Positions 1 to 12,400 of a DNA stretch of 64,000 nucleotides are shown one piece after another. The DNA is from Mizuhopecten yessoensis (taxonomy: Eukaryota). The position numbers and the translations under genes are program-made. Under the pieces are notes generated by a model. It was not told where the DNA came from, did not search any database, and was given only the letters and a program-made list of their open reading frames with translations. Numbering within the stretch: the stretch's first letter is position 1; each line of letters opens with the position of its first letter. The stretch lies in the NCBI RefSeq assembly GCF_002113885.1, contig NW_018480078.1, positions 2,448,749 through 2,512,748 of the forward strand. The letters run 5' to 3'.

Positions 1-842
1 AAAGTGGATGTCAGCTTAGAATCAGTCGATTGACTATTTTGATGATTTACTAATCCAAAACGTTTTTGTTGTTACATTTTAAACATACAGAAATATGTAA
101 TAAAGGTAAGTATAATAAAAGACCACTGTACATATGTTATCTATATCTTTGAACAGAACTTGCATCTACAAAAGTTAACTACAACAAATACAAATATAAA
201 AATTCATACTGCTACATTGCTACATTAATTTTGAAATATTTCATGAGTGATTTAACTCTGAAGATTGTATCAAAAAAAGAAAAACAAAATGCTTGCAACT
301 CCAATCATGTATCCATATTTAGTAGTCTGTCAATGAAATTCCATTTTTGATTTACAATATGCTGTTTTTTATTTGAATATGTACCAAGTCCACACTCTTC
401 TACTTTTTTTTTATAAAAAAGCTTGTGAGTTTTCCATTCAGTAATTGTTCAGTCTAATCCAAAACTTGCTATATTATGATCATGATCAGCCCTGAAATAT
501 TTTGTATTTTTACTGTTTCTATTTATAATGTTACACTTTTTTTATTGTTCTTTAAAACTTAAAATATTTAAATATTGAACAGAATAATGTGACTTTTATA
601 TATCATTCAAAAAAAGAAGGAAACACAAATCAGTTACACTTAACTTTAAAAACATTTATTAAGATCATATCTTTTGTATATTTCTATAGAGTATGGCATT
701 ATCGATACTGCATAATTTCGTTTTGCTATGAGATCAAAGTACCTTTTTTATTTTTGTCATTCAGATATATTGTATATGATTCGTCACAGTTTTAAATTGA
801 GGAAAGTGTAATGCTGCACGAAAAATTTGATTCTTCGTACAG

Positions 843-957
843 GTCAGTGATGGCAGCCCAGCACGTGGATCCAGCAGAGGCTGTACAAATCCACACAGAT
901 GTCAAGTCAAGGAACTCCTTAGGGATCCACTGGGGAACCTTCAAACTTACATATGAG
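843..957 (+). CDS. NAPEPLD: NAPE-PLD paralog 1, penultimate coding exon (upstream exons lie before the window)
   Basis: tacag|G acceptor and GAG|gtaatc donor. Encodes SVMAAQHVDPAEAVQIHTDVKSRNSLGIHWGTFKLTYE, with the QH and IHWGTF motifs of NAPE-PLD. Same 115-nt length and phase as the paralog 2 exon at 21422-21536. Confidence 0.93.
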
Positions 958-1103
958 GTAATCATTGACAGAGAGACTAAGGGAAATGTTATACTAACCT
1001 TACATTATATATAGAGATTGAGGTAATCATTGACAGAGAGACGAAGGGAAATGTTATACTAACCTTACATTATATATAGAGATCGAGGTAATCATTGACA
1101 GAG
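955..1103 (+). repeat. 65-bp tandem duplication (about 2.3 copies) that includes the splice donor
   Basis: gaggtaatcattgacagag recurs at 955, 1020 and 1085. Confidence 0.9.
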
Positions 1104-1144
1104 GTTTGTCGATATTGAAAATAAATTAGGCAATCTTTTATACC

Positions 1145-2420
1145 GAGTTACTCAATGTAATCTTTGCGACAAAGGGAAACTAAATATATATTATGCTGTA
1201 TAATCTACCAATGTAACCTTTACGACAAAGGGAAACTAAATATACATTATGCTGTACAAAGAAAACCTAAATATATATTATGCTGTATAATCTACAAATG
1301 TAACCTTTACGACAAAGGGAAACTAAATATACATTATGCTGTACAAGGATAACCTAAATATCTATTATGCTGTATAATTTGACTAACCATAGCAACAAAA
1401 AACAACTAAATATCTATTATGTTGTCAATCTACAAATGTAACCATAACGACAAAAAAATACTAAATATCTATTATGCTGTATAATTTTACTAATGTAACT
1501 ATAGCGACAAAGAAAACCTAAATATCTATTATGCTGTATAATTTTACTAATGTAACTATAGCAACAAGGATAACCTAAATATCTATTACGCTGTATAATT
1601 TTACTAATGTAACTATAGCAACAAGGATAACCTTTATATCTATTACGCTGTATAATTTAACAAATCTTACTATAGTGACTAAGATAACCTTAATATCTAT
1701 TATGCTGTATAATTTGACTAATGTAACTATAGCAACAAGGATAACCTAAATATCTATTATGCTGTATAATTTGACTAATGTAACTATAGCAACAAGGATA
1801 ACCTAAATATCTATTATGCTGTATAATTTGACTAATGTAACTATAGCAACAAGGATAACCTAAATATCTATTATGCTGTATAATTTGACTAATGTAACTA
1901 TAGCAACAAGGATAACCTAAATATCTATTATGCTGTATAATTTGACTAATGTAACTATAGCAACAAGGATAACCTAAATATCTATTATGCTGTATAATTT
2001 GACTAATGTAACTATAGCAACAAGGATAACCTAAATATCTATTATGCTGTATAATTTGACTAATGTAACTATAGCAACAAGGATAACCTAAATATCTATT
2101 ATGCTGTATAATTTGACTAATGTAACTATAGCAACAAGGATAACCTAAATATCTATTATGCTGTATAATTTGACTAATGTAACTATAGCAACAAGGATAA
2201 CCTAAATATCTATTATGCTGTATAATTTGACTAATGTAACTATAGCAACAAGGATAACCTAAATATCTATTATGCTGTATAACTTCATTAATGTAACTAT
2301 TGCAACATCCTCAATATCTAGAATAGATAGTTAGGTGAGCGTAACCCCTGGATATTGAGGATGCTATAGCGACAAAGAGAACCGAAATATCTATTATGCT
2401 GTATTATCTAACCTTGACAC
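1145..2420. repeat. 57-bp minisatellite filling the last intron of NAPE-PLD paralog 1
   Basis: Unit gataacctaaatatctattatgctgtataatttgactaatgtaactatagcaacaag. Near-perfect at about 1690-2280 and degenerate at the edges. Confidence 0.95.
2306..2363. mobile_element. Minimal copy of the CATCC...GGATG TIR (Mutator-like) family
   Basis: catcctcaatatc...gtgagcgtaacccctggatattgaggatg, flanked by ctattgcaa / ctatagcga (imperfect 9-bp TSD). Confidence 0.7.
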
Positions 2421-2443
2421 AACTTCTTTCTTCATTAATTTAG

Positions 2444-2554
2444 TTTTATCTGGAACCACAGACTAGGCTGCCTGAAGAACTGAGGAAAGCTGACTTGTCT
2501 GAGGACTGTTTTGTAACTTTAAAACATGGAGAAACCAGAATATTTGGGGAATAA
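2444..2554 (+). CDS. NAPEPLD: NAPE-PLD paralog 1, last coding exon
   Basis: tttag|TTT acceptor. Encodes FYLEPQTRLPEELRKADLSEDCFVTLKHGETRIFGE-stop, matching the YLEP...LKHGE C-terminus of NAPE-PLD. Confidence 0.92.
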   Translation, partial: FYLEPQTRLPEELRKADLSEDCFVTLKHGETRIFGE

Positions 2555-4310
2555 CTTATTAATAATAATAGTAATGAAATCTCACCGTTTAAACTTGCTT
2601 CCTTGTTGTACGTTTCATTGTTACATTTTGATAAACTATGTGATCTATGTATCAATGCTCGTCCGTAGTGTCAGCCTCAGGGACAATGTTTTGTTTTAAA
2701 TGCTGTGATAATAAACATAGAAAGCTACCATGTCATTATTGATTCATAGATTATTATACCTGCTGACGGTTTAAACAATGCTGTTGTTTTTCTATATCCA
2801 TGCTTCGACCAAAGTCTGGGGTATATAGTATTCACCCTGTCTCGCCTGTCCGTGCTGACCGAGGTTTCTGGAGCATATCTCAGCCATGATTGGGCATCTA
2901 ACTTCGTTTATAGATACGTCATTTGAAGGCTGTATGTTACATCCTAAAATGAGGTGACTGTGACCTCAATTTGACATTTGTCCTTGACCTCAAGTTCTTA
3001 AATAATGGTTTTCAGAGCATTTGTCAGCTGCTTTTTAATGAATGAGCATCACACTTTGTATGTAGATACATCATGGGGATGTGGTGTGTAACACCTGAAA
3101 ACGAGGTCACGGTGACCTCAATTTAACATTTTTCCTTGTCCTCAAGTGCTTAAATAATGGTGCATATCTCAGCCACTGTTTCATGAATGATAGGTACAAC
3201 ATGGAAAGGCTGTGTGTTGCACCCTGGAACGAGGACACTGCGACTTCTTTGACCTTGACTTAAGTACTCTAACACAGTGTAATACAGGTTTCTGCAGCAA
3301 AGCTCAGCCGCTGTTTCATGAATAGATTTTGAACATTGTAGATATTTGGGGAGGGGGGTTTCCATGAAGTCCAATCATGGAGTTAATTTAATCTAGTTTT
3401 TATTACTTTTACACCATATCGCTAACATCCATTTGGACTGGAACACGTTTTAGTTTGATATGTTTTCATTTGTTAGACATACCAAATCAATTTTTAAAAC
3501 TGTTTGAAGCATTATTGATTTTTTTATGCTAGTGACATTACTGTACAATGTATGAATTTGGTGTTTGATTCATTCGACGGATGGATGGACAATATGTTTT
3601 ATGTAAAAAAATGATTGCATTTAAGAATCAAATTATATTCACTTACATACATAGTAACAACATATACTGTAAAAGGGATTTTTTTGCTGATTTCATAATT
3701 TGGCAGTTCTGGTATTCTGTGAAAAATACACTCAACAAATTTAATGGCAAATCAAATCCATCCCTACCCTAATATACCACTAGACCAGAAATCTTTGAAA
3801 TATTGATCCCCCAAAGTAGACAATTTTAGCAAATCAGCGAAATTTAACCCTTTCACCCCTAGGTAACTTTAGTAGACTACCATTCATTGATCTGGATGAG
3901 TCCATTATGGTCTACAGTGTTGAATGGATTAAAGACTGAACTTTTTTTTTTCGCTTTTGTTAATGTTAGAACACTGTGTTGTTTATTGTCAAAACAACAT
4001 TTGTCCAATATTTCATATTTTGGTCAAACCAATTTTCAAGATGTGATTTGGCTAAATGGTTAACACCAGCCTTCTCATAGTTGGCAAGGATTCTGTCCCC
4101 AATGTCTTCATTGTATGAAATGTTTTCAAAGGAAGCATTTTAATTTTTATTTCGCCCACACAATTCCAGTACCCCAAGTGGAACATAAAATGATCTGAGG
4201 TGTGTGCTAGTGTCTTTAAATGAGGTGAAACTATGGGAAAAAAATGCTTTTAAAAGCATGGTCCCATCACAAAACAAAACACCGTCCAATACACCTCTAG
4301 CACAACAACA

Positions 4311-4311
<1 letters not shown>

Positions 4312-4358
<47 letters not shown>
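4312..4358. repeat. (CA)n microsatellite
   Basis: Uninterrupted acacac run. Confidence 0.98.
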
Positions 4359-4361
<3 letters not shown>

Positions 4362-4717
4362 TTTACCCCGGTGGCTAATAGGACCAATAGTATGTGTCTG
4401 ATAAGGCAGCTGAGAGCTCCAGTGAGGTCCTTCATACTGTATAGAGCTACATAATGTAATTGGTTCTGTTGTTTAAATTGATTGTATGAAATGTATATCT
4501 GTATACCGCAAATCACAGTATCTAGACAGGGCACTGTATCAAATGTTTAGTGATACATGCAGAGACGTATATACCTCTCTGATACATGTAACGAAATCAT
4601 GATATTTTTGTGTATTCAGACAAACATTTGAAATAACTCTGCAAGTATTTTTTAGTTTGAATTTTAATATTTTTGTCAATGTTATAAATAGACTGAAGAT
4701 TTATATTTATCTATGTC

Positions 4718-5160
4718 CTTTGTTGAGGGCACTATATCAAAGGTGTTATGTAGTGATACTTTGTTGAGGGCACTATATCAAAGGGGTTTTGTATTGATAC
4801 TTTGTTGAGGGCACTGTATCAAAGGTGGTTTTTAGTGATACATTGTTGAGGGCACTATATCAAAGGTGGTTTTTAGTGATACTTTGTTGAGGGCACTATA
4901 TCAAAGGTGGTTTTTAGTGATTCTTTGTTGAGGGCACTGTATCAAAGGTGTTTTTTAGTGATACTTTGTTGAGGGCACTATATCAAAGGTGTTTTGTAGT
5001 GATACTTTGTTGAGGGCACTGTATCAAAGGTGGTTTTTAGTGATACATTGTTGAGGGCACTATATCAAAGGTGTTTTTTAGTGATACTTTGTTGAGGGCA
5101 CTATATCAAAGTGGTTTTTTAGTGATACTTTGTTGAGGGCACTATATCAAAGGTGTTTTT
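4718..5160. repeat. About 41-bp tandem repeat, about 11 copies
   Basis: Unit tttgttgagggcactatatcaaaggtggtttttagtgatac. Confidence 0.95.
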
Positions 5161-5364
5161 CAATGATAATAACAATATTTACAATTTCTTTTCTTGTGTG
5201 TTTGTATTAAGCCAAAAATTTTAAATCCCTCTGCAAGTATTTTTTTTAGTTCGAATCGCATTCTTATTTGCAATTGAAGTTTGATATTTATTAATATTCG
5301 ATGTTGACCACTTGCTGTCACAGAGGAGACAGCTCAAATTTACAAAGGACACTCAGCAACACAG

Positions 5365-5454
5365 TTAACTCGTTCACCCCTGAAGACACGTTTGAACTCT
5401 TCCAATTCAAAGGTTGGAATAGTTTATTATGAAATTTCAGGGGTGAATGAGTTA
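5365..5454. mobile_element. About 90-bp MITE with TTAA-type ends (piggyBac-like)
   Basis: ttaactcgttcacccctgaa...ttcaggggtgaatgagtta. Related copies at about 3844-3932, 26640-26705, 29901-29990, 54809-54899, 55630-55709 and 62832-62914. Confidence 0.75.
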
Positions 5455-5955
5455 GAAGAGCCCTACGGATAGGGACACGGTTCAGAACCCTTTATTTGCT
5501 CTCTTGGCCTAAAGGACTTGTGAGCTTAAACTGTGGCGAGCTTAATGGCAAAGACATTGAAGGTCTGAATTAACAATTGCAGATCTGTCAGGTTTAACCT
5601 CTGAAATGTTACATTAAAAAACATTGACAAACCAGTTGGAATGGTCCCGTGCTGGTGGCTGAGAGTCAGAGTCAAAAAGGGGAAATACACAATACATTGC
5701 AATAAGTGACCATTTGATGGATTTCCTGTAGGTGAATTTCTGAATACAGATATATGATTGTGTTTGTATTGTTTATTTATATTTTAACCCAGGCATAATG
5801 TTGTTTGGGTGTACATGTATAATATGCAATAAAGTTTTATAAATATTACCACAGAAACAAAGTTTATCTTATCTTTTTACAAAGCAATGCATTGCAGATG
5901 ATATTAATACCCTTGCAAAAGGAAGAGATCAGAAATGCTAAAAGTATAGAGCAAC

Positions 5956-6226
5956 TGGGGGCCTGTATTCATGAAACCGTACTCATGCTCAAACATGCAT
6001 TTTGTGCTCAAACTGACTTTCTTGTAACTCACTTAAATCATGTCAAACGATCAAAAAGTCAAATGTGAACATTGAAAACATTATTTGGCTTCAAGTCTTC
6101 AAGTTTTTCAAAATGATTGACATAATTATCTGTTTTATTAATAATTTACAAACGGTTCAAGAAATTGGGCTTGAGCACAAAATCCATCGCTTGAGCATGA
6201 GAACGGGTTCATGAGTACGTGCCCAG
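5956..6226. mobile_element. MITE with imperfect about 40-bp TIRs
   Basis: ctgggggcctgtattcatgaaaccgtactcatgctcaa ... ttgagcatgagaacgggttcatgagtacgtgcccag. Confidence 0.65.
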
Positions 6227-6929
6227 GTCTATGACGTCAACTATTCTAGTTATATAAATAGTAAAGATTGAAATTCTGAGAAAGCAACACAAACAATATT
6301 CAATAATAAATATGATGCAAAGACCTTTATCTAAATCTGCATCATCTTTTACCTCAGTTATAGTCCAAATTATTCTGACGTTTTATCGACTTTTTTTATA
6401 TCGGTCTGGCGTCGATTAACGTCAGACGCCAAACGTCTTCTACACTATCGCACTTTCCTCCCCGACTTGACAGTCTGCATCCATTTTTCAAATAAGCTTA
6501 CATGCGTGCAACATTCCGATCTCCCAGACAGACAGGGTCATGTACAAGCTTTGACATGATCTTTTGAGAAGCAAAGCTTTTCAGTGGTCAGGTCAGAAAA
6601 AATAAGCTTTTTCATGAATGATATTGCACTACACTGCCATGGTTACCATGAGCCCATCAATGATTACATTCGCTTTCTTTTTGATTGAGATCTAGAATAA
6701 CCCTGCATGTGTTCAATGACCTGTACCTGGATCATTGATGAATGATACAAAACAGCAGTGAATTAAAAATGACAATGCTTTTAAGTTAATATTGCTGAAG
6801 CCAATGCCCGATGCAGCCACGTTGCCTATTCCAACCAATTCTGTGATAGTTTGTTCCCAGTTTTAATTTCGAGGTCATGGGTTCACAATTCCAGTCTTGC
6901 CGTGCATCTTTTTGATGCCTATTTGACCA

Positions 6930-7011
6930 CATCCTCGATATCCAGGGGTTACGCTCACGTTCGCTCTGTGTAGAGAGCGAAAGTGAACGTAACCCCTGGA
7001 TATCGAGGATG
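6930..7011. mobile_element. 82-bp palindromic copy of the CATCC...GGATG Mutator-like family
   Basis: catcctcgatatccaggggttacgctcac ... gtgaacgtaacccctggatatcgaggatg, with flanks atttgacca / atgtgacca (9-bp TSD, one mismatch). Confidence 0.85.
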
Positions 7012-7089
7012 ATGTGACCAATCCTATGATACATTTGCGAAAATACAAACTTTCAGTAAAGCACAGTATGGCTTCATTGAAGGCAGATC

Positions 7090-7926
7090 TACGGTCACAA
7101 CTTCTAAAGGTCATGGATGAATGGACAGAAATCTTGGATCAAGGAGGATGTATCGATTTTATTTATTGTGATTTTATGAAAGCATTTGATAAAGTTTCCC
7201 ATCGACAACTAATCCATAAACTGGTAAAGTAAGGAATATCGGGGAGGTTCTCCTCTTGGATAGCAAAGTAAGAGTCGTCGTGAATGGAGAAAAGTCGTCG
7301 GAATGGAACCATGTAATAAGTAGCATACCGAAAGGGTCAGTTTATGACCACTTTTATTTGTAATTTATATAAATGACATGCCTGATGTAACAAGACCCAG
7401 ATGAGGAAGATTGTAAGATTTCACAACTGGATCTATTTTCTCTCCAAAAGTGGTCAGAGGCTTGGCATCTCCGTTTTCATCAAGACAAATGCAAAGTGGT
7501 GCGCGTGGGTCACTCCAATGTTAATCAAATGAAGAACACCGTTAAGGAAAAGGCAGAACTTAATCTTTGAAAGTTGTGAACTTCGAAAAAGATATCGTTG
7601 TCATCATAGACAATAAATTATCATTTGATAAACTTATATCTGAAAAGGTAAATAAAGCTAATTCCATTATGGGAGTTCTAAAAAGAACAATGGAATATAT
7701 GAACTTGGTGAGTTTTAGGTTGCTATACACATATTTAGTTAGACCACACATTGAATACGCGAATCAGGTTAAGTGCATGGTGTCCTCGTCTCGAAAAACA
7801 CATTGAAACAATAGAAATATTCAAAGTCGAGCAACAAAGCAGTTACATGTACCTGGCCTAAAAGACTTATCCTATAAGGAGCGGTTATAAAAACTAAAAC
7901 TACCAGCACTAGCATATAGAAGATCC
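7090..7926 (+). mobile_element. Degenerate CR1-clade LINE ORF2 (reverse transcriptase) fragment, resuming at 10112-10170
   Basis: DFIYCDFMKAFDKV, YINDMP and VRPHIEYANQV motifs with stops and frameshifts. The continuation RRSRGDMKEVYKIL follows the insertion. Confidence 0.85.
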
Positions 7927-10111
7927 TTGGGATTCTTGTGTATGTACTAGAAAGTCTTAAGGTAAAACGTGTATTTGATCTAGAAGATCACGGTGATGAA
8001 TAGTCCGAATTATTCTGACGTTTTATCAACTGTTTCATATCGGTCTGTCGTCGGTTAATCGACTACAGACCGATATAAAAAAAAAAGTCGATAAAACGTC
8101 AGAATAATTCGGACTAGGTGATAAAGTACACTATGGGTCAGTGTCGGGCTACCTCAGTCCAGTATTTCGATTTGTACAATATATAGAACGGAAAATGCCG
8201 CAAGTCCTTTCTGGGTTAACCTACGTGAATCTATAGATCGAGCTTTAGATATTTCTCCAAATCTATTAATAAATGGTGACTTAAAATGTAGATATGCTCA
8301 GAATTACCCCAATGCATATTTTGTCTGACATAATTTCGACATACATTTTTACAAATGTTATTTTCAGAACCAACTAGATTTGGCCCAGGTAGACAAACCC
8401 TTCTTGATCCGATCCTTTTATCTGACATGTTAAATAGCATTGATGCATCTGTAGTAAATATAGACAGAAATATAAGTGGTCATGACGGTAGTCTTGTTTA
8501 TATTGAAATACCTTTTAATACGAAACCTGTTTTGAAGAGACACGTTTGGCTTTACAAACACGCCGATTTTAATAAATTTAACCAACTTATATCAAATCAT
8601 GGTTGGGAGGGTGATTTTTCAATGTGTGATTCAATTGATGCAGCATGTGAAAGTTTTACAAAAACATTTTTAGTTTTTGCAAATATATGTTTTCCTTCTA
8701 AAAAAGTAACTGTGAGACCAGACGATAAGCCTTGGATGACGTCGGAATTACGTAAAAACATTAGAATAAGGGACCGTTTACGTAAAAAAGCTAGATTAAG
8801 AAACATTTTTGAAGATATCAAAATGTTCAAGACACAGAGAAATAAAGTTAATAATATGAAAAAGCATGCTCGTTTAAAATTTTACGATAGTGTTCATGGA
8901 ATTAGTGAGCAATACTCTTCGACTGATGCAAGGTCGTACTTCAACCCTGGTAAAACAGAGGTTTTGTTTATAACTAATTCCGTAAATCTAAATGGTCAAC
9001 TTGATCTTATCCTTGGTGGTGAATTTTTAAATTTTACTGAAACACATAAACACTTGGGTGTTGTTTTCAATTTAAGTGGGAAATGGTCTGATCATGTCAA
9101 TTATGTTAACAATTCTGTGATGAAAAAGATAAATGTACTCAGGAAGTTAAAATTTATTCTTAATAGGAATACTTTGTTGAAAATGTATATCACTTATATT
9201 TTACCGGTGTTTGAGTACGCCTGTGAATTGTGGGATGGATGTACTTTTAACAAATCGGGATTATTTGAAAAGGCTCAAAGAGAAGCGATACGTATCATTA
9301 CTGGTCTTCCGTCATATGCAAACAACTATTACTCCTTATTTTCTTAACGATCTCTTACCACCTACGGTTGCTTTTAACAATCCCTATCCACTTAGAAACA
9401 AAGATGATTTTATCGTTCCAGATCATAGACTTTCTTGTACACGCTCTTCTTTTTTACCATCTACATTACTTTCTTGGAACGGGTTGGACGTGGAAACATG
9501 ATCTTCTCCTTCGCTTTTTACTTTTAAATCCGCTATTTCACATCCAGTTAATCAAAAAACACCATCCTTCTAGAGTTTTGGAGAAAGAAAATTTAATATA
9601 TAGCATACAAAGATGAGGTACACATGTCGTCCGTTAAATTATGACCTTTTTAGAGTAAATCTGACCGAGAACTCTGAATGTATTTGTCGAAACCCCTGTG
9701 AGAATGCCAACCACTTCTTTTTCATTATATGTCCTCGTTGTAATATACAAAGACGTTCTCTTCTTTCAAATATCAGTGATTTAAATCTGGATGTTGTCAT
9801 TGATATAAATTCACTGCTAATAGGAAATGAAAACCTGTCGGTAGAAGTAAACACTTCAATTTTTAGAAATGTGCAAAGTACATCAAATCCAGCCAAAGGT
9901 TTAGTTAATGTGATATGACATTAACTCATCATATTTATATCTGTTGTATTATTTCATTTATTGTATGAAAAAATGGCATTCATTTTGATCAAATTAGGCT
10001 ATTTCTCAATTTATGTAAAATTTATTGTGGATAGGGCCTTTTTAATGTTGATATAACTTGTGCCTAATCCGTTTGCTTCATTTATACAATAAAATATGTT
10101 TAAATAAAAAA
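7927..10111 (+). mobile_element. Second non-LTR retroelement inserted into the CR1 relic, internally deleted
   Basis: ORF 8355-9347 has endonuclease-end/tether motifs (EPTR..LLDPIL, DKPWMT) and post-RT motifs (FNPGKTE, HKHLGV, PVFEYACELWD). 3' tail caataaaatatgtttaaataaaaaa. 11-bp TSD atagaagatcc at 7916-7926 and 10112-10122. Confidence 0.85.
8001..8116. mobile_element. Palindromic MITE
   Basis: tagtccgaattattctgacgttttatc ... gataaaacgtcagaataattcggacta. A half copy lies at about 6361-6420. Confidence 0.8.
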
Positions 10112-10262
10112 ATAGAAGATCCCGTGGGGACATGAAAGAGGTTTACAAAATATTGTCCTGAAAATATGACTGTGGGCTCCAAGAACTTTCTTTTCCTGAG
10201 AATTTTCTTTAAAAATCATGTATATTTACAATTTTCCCCAATTTCCACCCACTTGGACCCCC

Positions 10263-10313
10263 NNNNNNNNNNNNNNNNNNNNNNNNNNNNNNNNNNNNNN
10301 NNNNNNNNNNNNN
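10263..10313. other. Assembly gap
   Basis: Run of N flanked by C tracts. Confidence 0.99.
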
Positions 10314-11164
10314 CCCCCCCCTAGAAATTTGGAACCTCCTGGTGGCTGGCCGTACATTTTGCAAGTAAATTGATATCAACCAAAATTTGTTTTGTTTTGT
10401 TTAAATTACGCTAAGCTGAATTAGAATGAAGTCCGTGGTTAGACTGCCTAGCTTGTATTTTGTTAATTCAGTAAAATTACCAAAATTTAAATAGGAGACA
10501 ACTTGTTTACCACCCATTGCACATGTACATAAATTTGGAGTGGACATGGAGTGGACTGTATTAAGAAGCATATTAAGAAGCGACCAGACGATTACAACGG
10601 TGTCAACTGCAATGAACCAATGAACCAGCCCTCGTACCAAGGTTTCAGCTGTGGTTGGAGCTATATAAGACAGGCCTATGCAATAATCTTTTTGTGTATT
10701 TTCTTAACTTTTTGATACTTTTAATATTGATTTTAGGAAATAAATTTAAGGACACTTAAATATACCTAGTTTGTCAATTTCTGATTAGATTGCACGAGTG
10801 AAAACAATAACAACACATGGGGTAACCTATGTATGCATAACATTGTCTGAAATCTTCGTCTGTACAGCATTGGACATCATTTTAGGATAGAAAAAGAAGC
10901 ATTCAAAGTTCCCTGCCTCAGCAACTTTGATGCCATATTAATTGAAGTCGCTTAAACTAAATAAACCAGTATAAATGCTTACGTTATTAAATAGTATAGA
11001 TATGTGCATAAAATAAAAAAATGTAATTACTTAAGTAAGTATATGTATCTAGTTAGGTATGAGGCTAGAATTAGGTTAACATTATCATAACGGCCGGTTA
11101 TTTTCATGCATGGCGCACTTTACTTCGACGCGGAGCATTATGGGAAGCTGGAAAACCTCAATTC

Positions 11165-11348
11165 ATGCTTCCGGTTTCGTTTTCGTTTTGTACCAGCACA
11201 GCACAGAGTGACAGAAGATGTAACTACCGTTTGACTCATACGTCATGTGACATGATTTCACGAGTCCTGTACTATCACTGAGTTTATTTCAATTATCACA
11301 GACGTGTGTGGATTGTGGAAAGTTTGACAGAGAACCTACCTAAAAATT
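11165..11348 (+). promoter_or_regulatory. Candidate promoter and non-coding first exon of NAPE-PLD paralog 2
   Basis: Locally CpG-richer segment with an ETS-like cttccggt near 11168, followed by the donor att|gtaagt at 11349. Inference only. Confidence 0.35.
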
Positions 11349-11373
11349 GTAAGTGTGTGATGAATGTGGATCA

Positions 11374-11526
11374 TAGGGGTTCGTTACAAATGTCTGAAAT
11401 ACACATATGCTATACTGATATGGGTCACAGAACACATAAACATACAAGTTTATGTGAGCTCATGTGTGCTGTGACCCATATTTGTATATCATATGTGTAT
11501 TTCAGACTTTTGTAACGAACCCCTGT
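11374..11526. mobile_element. Palindromic MITE
   Basis: aggggttcgttacaaatgtctgaaatacacatatg ... catatgtgtatttcagacttttgtaacgaacccct. Confidence 0.8.
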
Positions 11527-12342
11527 ATTAATTGTTATTGTAGAATGGTTGACAGCGAATCGACCTCCATATGTACATGTATAACAAGTTGTAAGTGATC
11601 ACTGATGTATATGGATTTGAAAAAAAGGATGTCAGGAAAATCTAGAATTCAGGGGTATAACCCAAAATGGAACAAATATTAATCTTTTCTATCTATTATC
11701 AGGAATACATTTTTTTTAACTATGATGAAATAATTGCACAACTTTATAGCTTTCATTTTACATATTTCACGGTGTTATCAATGTGTGTTTCTATTTAGAG
11801 TTGATATAGTTGAGTCAGGTTTATACTTGGAAATTTTAGCTTGGCGGGTATCCCAGATGGAACACCTTGATCATTATATAAACCAAATGAAAATAGAAAC
11901 GATGAGCAATTTACAACACCACTGAATCCGGTACAAAATGTAATGTTTGATTTACATTCTACATGCTATGCTTTCCCTGATGAGCACTGTTGAATACCAT
12001 TAAGGTATCCACTCTCCCCCCCCCCCCCCCCCCCCCCCCAGTTGTTAATATATAAATCAGTTCAAGAAAAAATAACTGGCACGTTCCGATGAATATTAGT
12101 CCTTTATTCATGAACTTATATTTTCCTGTGTCTAGAAATGTGATAGCTAGGATATTATTGATGTTGTCTTACCATACAGTTTCCCCAGACATTTTCTCAT
12201 TTCAGTTTTTAAAATTTTTCAACTCAATATATTAGCACGCAAGAGATCTGAAGATAGATTTTGTTTCAAATTGCTTGAACTATATAAATTTTGACCAATA
12301 ATAGAGATATGTAGCAGAACTGGATTGGGTTAATCGACAGCA

Positions 12343-12400
12343 ACCAGGTAGCTCAGTTGGTAGAGCGCCCACCTTAATTCCCAGGGTCCTGGGTTCAAAA
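12343..12400 (+). mobile_element. tRNA-derived SINE head or tRNA pseudogene fragment
   Basis: A-box tagctcagttggtagagc and B-box-like gggttcaaa. No 3' acceptor stem, so not a functional tRNA. Confidence 0.7.

Noticed and set aside
4140-4534. VC/HT-repeat ORFs
   Set aside because: Translations of the (CA)n microsatellite.
12343-12400. Functional tRNA gene
   Set aside because: Truncated in the T arm, with no acceptor stem and a poor anticodon stem.
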